64,000 nucleotides of DNA from a virus. Taxonomy: Duplodnaviria; Caudoviricetes. Both the position numbers and the translations under genes were made by a program. The stretch lies in IMG/VR virus record IMGVR_UViG_3300029305_006500. One strand, 5' to 3'. Positions 45,180 to 53,241 of the stretch are shown piece after piece (positions within the stretch are counted from its first letter, which is position 1; the number at the start of each line of letters is the position of its first letter). Under the pieces are notes generated by a model. That model was not told where the DNA came from, ran no database searches, and worked only from the letters and a program-made list of their open reading frames with translations.

Positions 45180-46758
45180 AGGAGAATTAAATATATGGAA
45201 ATTAATACTGAGTACATTGTAGGTTATTGTATGTCTACTATCAATAGTAAGTTAGTCAATACAGATTTTTCGAAGGACGATATAGTTACAGTAGAGATCC
45301 CATTTTTCACTTATTGGTATGTAGATTCTTCAAATGAGTCTCAGGACAATAGAATTATCATTAATGATGATGTTCGAAGATCTGCGTATGACAACTTTGT
45401 AAATACAAAACAAACTATGCTTGATAAATCTCTTATATATCATTTTAATCATACGTTTCAGTCTGATTTTCAGATTGTAAATACAGAGCTGATACTAGTT
45501 ACGCTAAATCCTGAAAATAAATCTAGACTACTTCCAACATATAGAGTAACTATACGTAGAGTATCTAGTACAGGGGGTGTTATTAATGCAAGGTGTTGAA
45601 ATTCTAACTACAACTACGAAGTATGAAACAGAACCGATATGGTGGGTATGGTTGATATTTGGTTGTATTATCGCAGCTGTGTGGCTAATAACTAGTCTCT
45701 GTTTCTATTTTAGCTCTTATGATTCTGGATTTGTTTCAGTTCTTATTGGGCTTGAAATAAGCTGTTTAGCTACACTGTTACTTATTATTCCATTCGGAGC
45801 AATGGCCACAAAAACCTTAGATACTGTTGATTATTACAAGCATGAAGTAATAATTGATGAAACAGTTAATATGACAGAATTTTTAGATAAGTATGAAATA
45901 GTTGATGAGCGTGGAAAGATACTTACAGTTATTGAAGATGTAAATTGAAAGGACAGTATTTAAATGAAAGTATTTCTTATTATTCTTTGTATTGTGTTAA
46001 TTATTGTACCAATTATCGTATACGGTGGAGCAATAGTTAATGCTATTCAGTTTGAAGCAAATTGTACTAGTTATTTGAAGATGGCTGCAGATGCAAATGA
46101 TGTAAAGATTGCTAACAAGCATCTAACTTCGGCTGTTGAATACCTAGAAAAAAATAATTTGATAAGCGGAAACACAAAAGTATTTATTTATAAACCTACA
46201 TGTGATATTGGATTGTGGTATGAAAATTTGAAGTCTGCTCAAGAACAGTTGAATGAAGTTTGTGTAAAAGAAGATTTAACTGAACTAGAAGAGTCTAATA
46301 TGCTCATGAAGTTGCGAGAGACTTTGCTCGATGGAGAAGGAACTGTTACGCATCCTTCAATGATTTCATTTTATCCTAACCATGTAGTATGGTTTTGGGC
46401 TATGCTGCTTATTTGGGCATTGTGGATAGGAGCAGGCTTTGCTGGTTGGGGTGCATCAGAGTGTGATTATTATTAAACTATGAAGAAAAGAAAATATGTC
46501 TATAATGCAAGTTTTAGTAAAATAAAAGATAATATTGAGGATACTACTTATGGTCTTTGCCCGGCACCTATGTCCGCGCAAGAAGCTTTATTCATTCTTA
46601 CAGATTATCTTCTAGGAGATACTTGGTATCATACCTTATCTTGTAGCCAAGAACAGGAAAACGCAATTATAGTTGAGCAGATTTTAGATAAGCACTCAAA
46701 ACAGTGGCAGAAAGATTGGAAAAATTATAAAAAAAGGGACTTAAATTCTTAAGTCCCT

Positions 46759-46773
46759 ATTGTATTATATAAT
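46759..46773 (+). promoter_or_regulatory. ATTGTATTATATAAT promoter motif driving the ncRNA locus
   Basis: Same motif class as 8911, 19687, 22878, 55968 etc.; preceded by hairpin AGGGACTTAA/TTAAGTCCCT. Confidence 0.65.
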
Positions 46774-46878
46774 GTGAGTGCCATGAAGCTTAGCTTGGTC
46801 GGATGATTGATTATGGGTCATACCGGGTGCCAATAAGATTCAGGAGCAGTGGTAAATGGAATGCGATAAACAGCTCAC
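46774..46878 (+). ncRNA. Structured RNA repeat unit 1
   Basis: P1 GTGAG/CTCAC; TGCCAT-GAAGC...GCA-GTGGTA-AATGGAATGCGATAAACAG. Confidence 0.8.
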
Positions 46879-46880
46879 TA

Positions 46881-46975
46881 GTAGGTGCCACGAAGCTTGG
46901 TGATTGTATGCTGAAATGGGTACACCCTCCCAAGATTACGGAGTTGTGGTAAATGGAATGAGATGAACAGCCTAC
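46881..46975 (+). ncRNA. Structured RNA repeat unit 2
   Basis: P1 GTAGG/CCTAC; TGCCAC-GAAGC...GTT-GTGGTA-AATGGAATGAGATGAACAG. Confidence 0.8.
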
Positions 46976-47059
46976 ACTACGAACAATACGCCAACCGGCT
47001 GAGACTCGTAGAAAAATAAACTCAGAAGGGAAGAGAGCAACGAGCTTTGACATTTGCCG

Positions 47060-47161
47060 AGACTTAGGTGCCACGAAGCGCTGGATATGGAGATCATGAG
47101 TGAAGTATTTGGTGAGGTTGTAAGAAGCTGTGGTAATGGAAAGAGTTAAACAGCCTGGTCT
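47060..47161 (+). ncRNA. Structured RNA repeat unit 3
   Basis: P1 AGACTTAGG/CCTGGTCT; TGCCAC-GAAGC...GCT-GTGGTA-ATGGAAAGAGTTAAACAG. Confidence 0.75.
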
Positions 47162-47229
47162 GATTTGGTGTTGAACGTGGGAAGTTCCCTGTAGTCTTCG
47201 CTTGGACTGCCAAAACAAGAGACTTACTA

Positions 47230-47333
47230 TCAAAGAGTGCTACGAAGCCGATTGAGCGTTAGGCAAGCCTGTATCGGAAAGCGGTGTCCCTGAAGCAGCA
47301 GTAGTAAATGGAGTGAGATGAACAGCTCTTTGA
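47230..47333 (+). ncRNA. Structured RNA repeat unit 4
   Basis: P1 TCAAAGAG/CTCTTTGA; compensatory TGCTAC/GTAGTA; AATGGAGTGAGATGAACAG. Confidence 0.8.
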
Positions 47334-47382
47334 AATCTTTTATTTAGGAAGGAGACCTTATTTATGACGAGTACGAAAATTT

Positions 47383-47676
47383 GTGAGGATACTCCACCTG
47401 TTAATGTGAAGTACTGACTAAGACGTTAGTTAGTACTTGTGGGCACAGGATCAGCATCGCTGAGGAAAACGAGACATACTGTGAGTTGAGGTTAGGTGGG
47501 AGGCCTCTGAGAGTTTTACTTGTTTTGTAACTGTTAAAACAAGTTGGCAGCACATACTATTGAGGGAGTACGCCAATTGCGAAGTTATAAAGCTTGAGGT
47601 AAAGAGCAAGAAATAACAAGAGCGGCCTGAGTAAATATCAGGTGTGTTGTGGGTAACGAAATCCCATGTCCTTCAC
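47383..47676 (+). ncRNA. ~300 nt multibranch structured RNA domain of unknown class
   Basis: Long-range closure GTGAGGATA/TGTCCTTCAC and TACTCC/GGAGTA; hairpins at 47409-47438 and 47518-47544, plus GAGGTT/GGCCTC, CCTGA/TCAGG, TGGG/CCCA; no ORF. Confidence 0.6.
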
Positions 47677-47688
47677 TCTATCCGTATT

Positions 47689-47829
47689 AAATTTAATAGT
47701 GCCACGAAGTCTTAGATGACAAGTTATTAGTTAGCTTAGGAGAGGGGCTATGAAGTACAAGTAGCTTAATTATCCTTTTTGTATACACAAGCAGTGGTAA
47801 ATGGAGTTTGAGGAACAGCTATTAAATTT
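47689..47829 (+). ncRNA. Structured RNA repeat unit 5
   Basis: P1 AAATTTAATAG/CTATTAAATTT (11 bp); TGCCAC-GAAGT...GCA-GTGGTA-AATGGAGTTTGAGGAACAG. Confidence 0.8.
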
Positions 47830-47837
47830 TGTTGTAT

Positions 47838-47899
47838 GGGTCATTGCTTCTTGGGTGAGCGAGGGACGCCTTGATGAGTTCAAATCTCATAATGACCCC
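47838..47899 (+). ncRNA. Miniature tRNA-like RNA without an anticodon loop
   Basis: Acceptor GGGTCAT(T)/(A)ATGACCC; D-like arm GCTT...GAGC; GAGG-GACG-CCTT in place of the anticodon arm; T arm ATGAG-TTCAAAT-CTCAT. Confidence 0.7.
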
Positions 47900-47910
47900 T
47901 AATTTTATAT

Positions 47911-48043
47911 CCAAGGCTGGCGGAACGGGCAACACCAATATAAGTCCCGACTCATAGGTCAGTGAGAGGTAGACGCAGGTCGGAGAAGATCGGCTATCAA
48001 TGATCAGGGTAGCGTTCAGGTTCAAATCCTGGGCCTTGGGCCA
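47911..48043 (+). ncRNA. Class II tRNA-like RNA with a ~40 nt D-loop insertion, non-canonical anticodon arm and encoded CCA
   Basis: CCAAGGC/GCCTTGG+G+CCA; TGGCGGAA...GGTAGACGC D arm; variable arm GCTATC/GGTAGC; T arm TCAGG-TTCAAAT-CCTGG. Confidence 0.7.
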
Positions 48044-48067
48044 TTTTTTAGTATAAGGAGATCAATA

Positions 48068-48994
48068 ATGTTAATTGGAATTGACTTTGATGGTGTAATG
48101 AATAATATGGTAGAAACTTGGGTAGCTATGCTGAATGATATGTATGGCTTTTCTGTACAAGTTTCAGATATTAAGTCGTGGGAAATGAAAAAAGCTTTTC
48201 CGAAGTTAACTGACGATGAATTGTTTGCTCCTTTGCACATTCCTGAATTTTGGGATAAAGTTACTGCAAAGCATGAGGCTCCAGAAGTAGTTGCCAAGCT
48301 AATTGCTGATGGGCATAGAGTTTATGTGGTTACAACCACTCATTATAATACTTTGGAACCCAAACTTACTAGATGTTTATTTAAGTATTTTCCTTTTTTA
48401 AGTCATCATAATATTATTATTACTTATAATAAATCTTTAATTAATTGCGATTTGCTTCTAGATGATGCAGAACATAATTTAATTGACTTTAATGGTATAA
48501 GAGTTTTATTTGATGCTACTTACAATAAGGCTGCAACTACTTATGATTATCGAGTAAGTTCTTGGAAGGAATTCTATATTCTCGTATGTGGATTAGAAAG
48601 CCGAGTTAATACACCTCCAACCAGAGTGTATAGATTTTCGGCAGGCCGTGGCCAGGGAAAAACTGCATGGCTTCATCAAATGATTAAAGACTCAGAAGGC
48701 TTTGATTGCTATTTTATAGGATCTATTAATCAGCATAGAGCTTTTTGTAAAAGTTTTATGGAGCGTTTTGGTCAACGATGTAATGTTCAGGCATTAAGTA
48801 ACCTTGAAGATTTAAAGGGCCTAAAGCCTGATGCAAGGATTTTTGTAGACATGCCTTCGCAATTTGCAATTAATTCTGAAATTTTTACGGTATTTAAAGA
48901 GTTATTTTTAGCTAGAAATAACTTAATTTTTGTAGCTGATTTTGAAAACATAAATTGGTATGCTATTCATAGTTTAGACAGAAGGAGAGGCTAA
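48068..48994 (+). CDS. 5'(3')-deoxyribonucleotidase (NT5C-type HAD) fused to a P-loop-like C-terminal domain
   Basis: IGIDFDGV, NKSLINCDLLLDD..HN, F.A.YN...RV.SW; then AGRGQGKT. Confidence 0.8.
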   Translation: MLIGIDFDGVMNNMVETWVAMLNDMYGFSVQVSDIKSWEMKKAFPKLTDDELFAPLHIPEFWDKVTAKHEAPEVVAKLIADGHRVYVVTTTHYNTLEPKLTRCLFKYFPFLSHHNIIITYNKSLINCDLLLDDAEHNLIDFNGIRVLFDATYNKAATTYDYRVSSWKEFYILVCGLESRVNTPPTRVYRFSAGRGQGKTAWLHQMIKDSEGFDCYFIGSINQHRAFCKSFMERFGQRCNVQALSNLEDLKGLKPDARIFVDMPSQFAINSEIFTVFKELFLARNNLIFVADFENINWYAIHSLDRRRG

Positions 48995-48995
48995 T

Positions 48996-50417
48996 ATGAG
49001 CTATTATGGAATTGTAACTACTTTAAAGGATGTTAGAAAGCATCCTAATGCAGATCGCCTGCAGCTTGCAGACATTTTTAGAACTACTGTTTGTGTATCT
49101 CTTGATTATACTGAGGGTCAACTTGGTGTATATTTCCCTACTGGTGGCCAGCTTTCTGTAAAGTTTGCTGAAGCTAATAACCTTCTTAGAAAGAAGGATG
49201 CTGAGGGCAATAATATTGGTGGCTACATGGATCCTGATAAAAGAAACGTGACTGCTATTAAGCTTAGGGGTGAGAAGTCTGACGGTCTTTTCCTTCCTCT
49301 TACTTGCCTTGAGACTTTTGGCGATATTTCTTCCCTTAAGGTCGGAGACCATATAGATGTATTTAATGGTGAGGAAATCTGCACCAAGTACATACCTAAG
49401 ACTAGTGCAAGACGTGGACATGTATCTGAGGGCAATCATACTCGTAAATTTAAGGCGCCTATTGCACCTACCTTTGCAGAGCATGCAGATACAGAGCAGC
49501 TTGCTTATAATCTTGGAGCTTTCAAGACCGGGGATGAGCTTGAGCTTTCTCTTAAAATGCATGGTACTTCTCAGCGTACTGGCTATTTAAAGGTGCTTAC
49601 GGGTTATAAGAAGACTTTGCTCGATAAGATCTTTAAGCGTCCTGGAACTCCTATATATGACTGGGGCTATGTATCCGGTACTCGTCGTGTAGTACTTGAT
49701 ACTTTTGATGGTGGCTTTTATGGTTCTAATGAGTTCCGTAAGCAGCATCATGATACTTTTGTAGGAAAGCTTTGGAAGGGCGAGACTGTTTATTACGAGG
49801 TTGTAGGCTTTACTCACACTGGAGCACCTATTATGGGTAATGGTAACAATGAAAAGCTTGGCAAAGACTTTGTAAAGCAGTACGGTAAGGAGACTGTATT
49901 CTCTTATGGTTGTGACCCTGCGGGCATTCGTGAAGTTTATGGCTGTGATGAACAGGGTCACTTCAAGATGTTGCTTGACAAACCTACCTCAGATATTTAT
50001 GTATACCGTATGACTATGACTAACGAGGATGGGGAGGTAGTAGAATATACTCCTGATTTTATACGGTATCGTTGTGAGCAGATGGGTGTAAAAACTGTAC
50101 TAGTATTTGGTAAGGCTACTATTTCTGAAGATAGACTTCATTTTACTGCTCCAGACGGATATGATCATGATTATCTTATCGGGGATGGCGAGCTTGGTGA
50201 TATGGTCATGCGTTGTGCCGAGGATTATTTTGATGGTCCTGATCCTGTTGGTAAGACTCATATTCGTGAGGGTGTAGTAGTTCGTATTGTAAATCGTCCT
50301 AAGTTTGCTGCTTTTAAGCATAAGAATTTTTCATTTAAGGTACTCGAGGGTATTATTAGCGAGAAGCTAACTGAGTCTACTGTAGAGATTGCAGAAGATG
50401 TGCTTGCCGAGATGTAA
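48996..50417 (+). CDS. ATP-dependent RNA ligase (DRB0094/Rnl2-like) with N-terminal OB fold
   Basis: KHPNADRLQ...KLRGEKSDGL OB domain; motif I KMHGTS; YYEVVG; REGVVVR; FKHKN. Confidence 0.82.
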   Translation: MSYYGIVTTLKDVRKHPNADRLQLADIFRTTVCVSLDYTEGQLGVYFPTGGQLSVKFAEANNLLRKKDAEGNNIGGYMDPDKRNVTAIKLRGEKSDGLFLPLTCLETFGDISSLKVGDHIDVFNGEEICTKYIPKTSARRGHVSEGNHTRKFKAPIAPTFAEHADTEQLAYNLGAFKTGDELELSLKMHGTSQRTGYLKVLTGYKKTLLDKIFKRPGTPIYDWGYVSGTRRVVLDTFDGGFYGSNEFRKQHHDTFVGKLWKGETVYYEVVGFTHTGAPIMGNGNNEKLGKDFVKQYGKETVFSYGCDPAGIREVYGCDEQGHFKMLLDKPTSDIYVYRMTMTNEDGEVVEYTPDFIRYRCEQMGVKTVLVFGKATISEDRLHFTAPDGYDHDYLIGDGELGDMVMRCAEDYFDGPDPVGKTHIREGVVVRIVNRPKFAAFKHKNFSFKVLEGIISEKLTESTVEIAEDVLAEM

Positions 50418-50874
50418 GAGGTAATTATGATGTATTTGAGTAAAGCATATTATCGTAAAAGATGTGAGGATAAAGAAGACGAACTACGTGAAGTTCGGAA
50501 AGTAATTAATGAAAAAGATCAAGTTATTAGGTTCCTTTTAGAGGAACCTAATCCTTACAGAATAAAAATAGCACCGGGTGATTGGTGTTGGGTTGGTGAC
50601 AATAGTATTTCAAGAACTCGCCTAGAATATGTAGATGGTCAAGGTGTTTATCATAATTATGTAAAAAATTGGTCTCCAAATAAAATAGAAATTTTAAGTA
50701 CTGATAAAGATACTGCTATTTTGAAGTTATGTACAGAGACTGATAAGCATGTATATTTTATTCTAAATAAAGCTGCTGAGACAACCACTGAGATTTCACA
50801 AGATACTTTAATGAAAATTTGTGACATCGAAGTAGCAAGTTTATTAACTAGTGAAATGAGGAGACTAATTAATC

Positions 50875-51114
50875 ATGGCAAATAAAGATATAACTGTTAC
50901 CGCTAACAGCGGAATTGGTGTAAGCACAGTTTTATTTTTGATATTTCTTGTTCTTAAACTTTGTAATGTGATTACATGGTCTTGGTGGTGGGTAACAGCT
51001 CCGCTCTGGATACCTTTTGTTTTATTTTTTACTGCATGTATTATTGTATTTCTTGTGGGTTTTTGTATTGGAGTTATTAGATCTATTGTTAAAATCATGA
51101 AAGGTAGAAAATAA
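50875..51114 (+). CDS. Small membrane protein
   Basis: LIFLVLKL..VITWSWWWV.APLW. Confidence 0.7.
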   Translation: MANKDITVTANSGIGVSTVLFLIFLVLKLCNVITWSWWWVTAPLWIPFVLFFTACIIVFLVGFCIGVIRSIVKIMKGRK

Positions 51115-51935
51115 TGGGAAATAGAAAAGATGCTCTTGGAGACCGAATGAAAGAGAACTACGAAAATCGTAGTAAAACATATTTAACTCGCCGTACACCA
51201 TGTATTATTAGACTAGATGGCAAAGCCTGGCACAGCTTTACTAAAGGTTTTAAGCGGCCGTATGATAAGATTTTACATGAAGCCATGAATGATACCGTAA
51301 AGTATTTATGTGCAAATATTCAAGGCTGTAAACTTGGATATACTCAAAGTGATGAGATTACTTTAGTTTTAACTGATTTTGATACAATAACTACTGATGC
51401 TTGGTTTGGGTATTCTGTTCAAAAAATGTGCTCTATTGCAGCTTCTATGGCTACATTAGCTTTTAATAAGGCATTGCAGAAACATAGAGATGAGTTTCTT
51501 AATTCTGTGGCAGCACTTCAAGATTTTGATATAGAAAAAGACTATTTAGTAGCTTTGCAGAAAGCTTTGGATAGAGGTGCACTGTTCGATGCACGTTGCT
51601 TTAGTGTACCAGAATCTGAAATTGTAAATTGTATTTTGTGGAGACAGCAGGATGCTACTAGAAATGCTATTCAAATGCTTGGTCAATGCTATTTTAGTCA
51701 TAAAGAGCTAGATCATAAAAATACAGATATGGTACAAGAAATGCTCTTTACGATAAAGGGTATTAATTTTAATGATATGCCTACTGAGTTTAAACGTGGA
51801 GTTTGTTGCGTTAAAAGAGAAGTTGAGCGTAATGGTGCAATTAGACGCCAGTGGGTTATTGATAGGGAAATTCCTATTTTCTCACAGAGACCCGATTATA
51901 TTCTCAGCGAGGTGTATAAGGAGGCAAATCAGTGA
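51114..51935 (+). CDS. thg1: tRNA(His) guanylyltransferase / Thg1-like 3'-5' polymerase
   Basis: RMK.YE, IIRLDGKAWHSFT, YTQSDEI, FDAR, WRQQDA.RN. Confidence 0.92.
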   Translation: MGNRKDALGDRMKENYENRSKTYLTRRTPCIIRLDGKAWHSFTKGFKRPYDKILHEAMNDTVKYLCANIQGCKLGYTQSDEITLVLTDFDTITTDAWFGYSVQKMCSIAASMATLAFNKALQKHRDEFLNSVAALQDFDIEKDYLVALQKALDRGALFDARCFSVPESEIVNCILWRQQDATRNAIQMLGQCYFSHKELDHKNTDMVQEMLFTIKGINFNDMPTEFKRGVCCVKREVERNGAIRRQWVIDREIPIFSQRPDYILSEVYKEANQ

Positions 51936-52492
51936 ATTTTAAAGAAAGTTTTTTAGAGCTTTGCCAAAAAATCAATCGTCCTGGTATAGTTGAGCTGTGT
52001 ACTTGGCTAGAGGAAAGCGATTTTTATACTGCTCCTGCTAGCACAAGATATCATAGTGCATATGAAGGTGGATTAGTAGCACATTCTGTTACTGTATATA
52101 AAGAGCTTAAGCGTCTTTTAGAGGCTTATCCTGAAATTGCCACAAAAGTAACTGAGGAAAGCATTATTATTGTAGCTTTATTTCATGATCTTTGTAAAGT
52201 AAACTTGTACACAAAAGAAGTAAAGTATCGTAAAGATGATCAGGGTAAATGGGAAACTTATGATGCTTATGTTCATAATGAAAAACTCCATTATGGTGGA
52301 CATGGAAGTAAGTCTGTATTTATTTTACAGAATTTCATTAGACTTTTACCTGAGGAAGCTGTCGCAATAAATTGTCATATGGGAACTTGGGATGGAGAAA
52401 ATAATGTTATCGCCGCAGCTTGGGAGCATTGTTCTTTAGCATGGCTTTTGCATGTTGCAGATGAGAGTGCCACTTTTATTTGTAATACTTAA
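51932..52492 (+). CDS. HD-domain phosphohydrolase
   Basis: FYTAPAS.RYH...EGGL..HS, HDLCK, HG.KS, HMG, H.AD. Confidence 0.85.
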   Translation: MNFKESFLELCQKINRPGIVELCTWLEESDFYTAPASTRYHSAYEGGLVAHSVTVYKELKRLLEAYPEIATKVTEESIIIVALFHDLCKVNLYTKEVKYRKDDQGKWETYDAYVHNEKLHYGGHGSKSVFILQNFIRLLPEEAVAINCHMGTWDGENNVIAAAWEHCSLAWLLHVADESATFICNT

Positions 52493-52605
52493 AAATTATA
52501 TTAAATTGTCAGTTTATTTTTAAATAACTGGCAATTTTATTTTTATATAAGCTGTATATTATATTGTAAGCAATATAAATAAAAAATATAAAGGAGATTC
52601 TAAAA

Positions 52606-53241
52606 ATGGATATGACAAGTTGCTTTAATGGAATGTTTGGAAAGCTTGGCCCTGGAATGTGTAGACTTACGATGAACGGTAAGATCGCAGTAAAGACTTC
52701 GAGTGGTTATAAGAGCTATAATGTTAAGACAGGTAGATTGACAAACTGCTCAAATTTCGTGTTTAATATTGGCGATGATTTCTTCTTTATTATTCCTACA
52801 AATAAGGTAGATGTCGGCGATATTATTCTGGTTAAGGGCAGACCACAGTGCGTAATTGAAGTCGACAATAAGACCCTTAAGGTTATGAATTACGAGGATA
52901 TGACTATTGACACCATTGTGCCTGAGCGCCATGTTTTTATGGGTAATACATATTTTTATGGCAAGATTGTTAGCCTTATGGGTAGCAATGCCGGTAAAGG
53001 TAAGGATGGAATGAAGCAGATGATGCAGTTCATGATGATGAATCAGATGATGGGTGGCAATAGTAACATCGCTGGCGGAACTATCGGCGGTAATAACAAT
53101 ATGCTCCCTATGATGCTCATGATGAATGGCGGATCTGGAAGTATCTTCGATGGAATGCTTGATGGCATGTTTGACTTTGGTGATTCTGATCCAGAAGCTG
53201 TAGAGGTTGAGGATGAAATTGAAGAGGAGGATGAAGAGTAA
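52606..53241 (+). CDS. Hypothetical protein with Met/Gly-rich segment and acidic tail; first gene of the vWA-PurA-like operon
   Basis: MMQFMMMNQMMGG...MLPMMLMM; translationally coupled to the vWA gene (TAATG). Confidence 0.7.
   Translation: MDMTSCFNGMFGKLGPGMCRLTMNGKIAVKTSSGYKSYNVKTGRLTNCSNFVFNIGDDFFFIIPTNKVDVGDIILVKGRPQCVIEVDNKTLKVMNYEDMTIDTIVPERHVFMGNTYFYGKIVSLMGSNAGKGKDGMKQMMQFMMMNQMMGGNSNIAGGTIGGNNNMLPMMLMMNGGSGSIFDGMLDGMFDFGDSDPEAVEVEDEIEEEDEE

Noticed and set aside
46774-47829. CRISPR or TIGR array interpretation of the repeats
   Set aside because: Repeats are bipartite, degenerate and covarying, spacing is irregular, there are no box C/D motifs, and no cas or Nop-domain gene is recognisable in the window.
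46774-47829. Known small ribozymes (hammerhead, hairpin, twister, pistol, HDV/theta) or RNase P RNA
   Set aside because: No CUGAUGA/GAAA core. The GAAG...CAGU resemblance to hairpin loop A conflicts with the covarying CCAC/GUGG helix. GUGCCAC resembles an RNase P S-domain stretch, but the P4 elements (GAGGAAAGUCC...ACAGAA.CGGCUUA) are absent.
46811-48025. Minus-strand ORFs 46811..47233 and 47822..48025
   Set aside because: Opposite to local transcription, no convincing RBS or domain, and they overlap clearly structured + strand RNAs.
47838-48043. Calling the two cloverleafs ordinary tRNA genes
   Set aside because: Neither has a 7-nt anticodon loop with U33, so no amino acid can be assigned.
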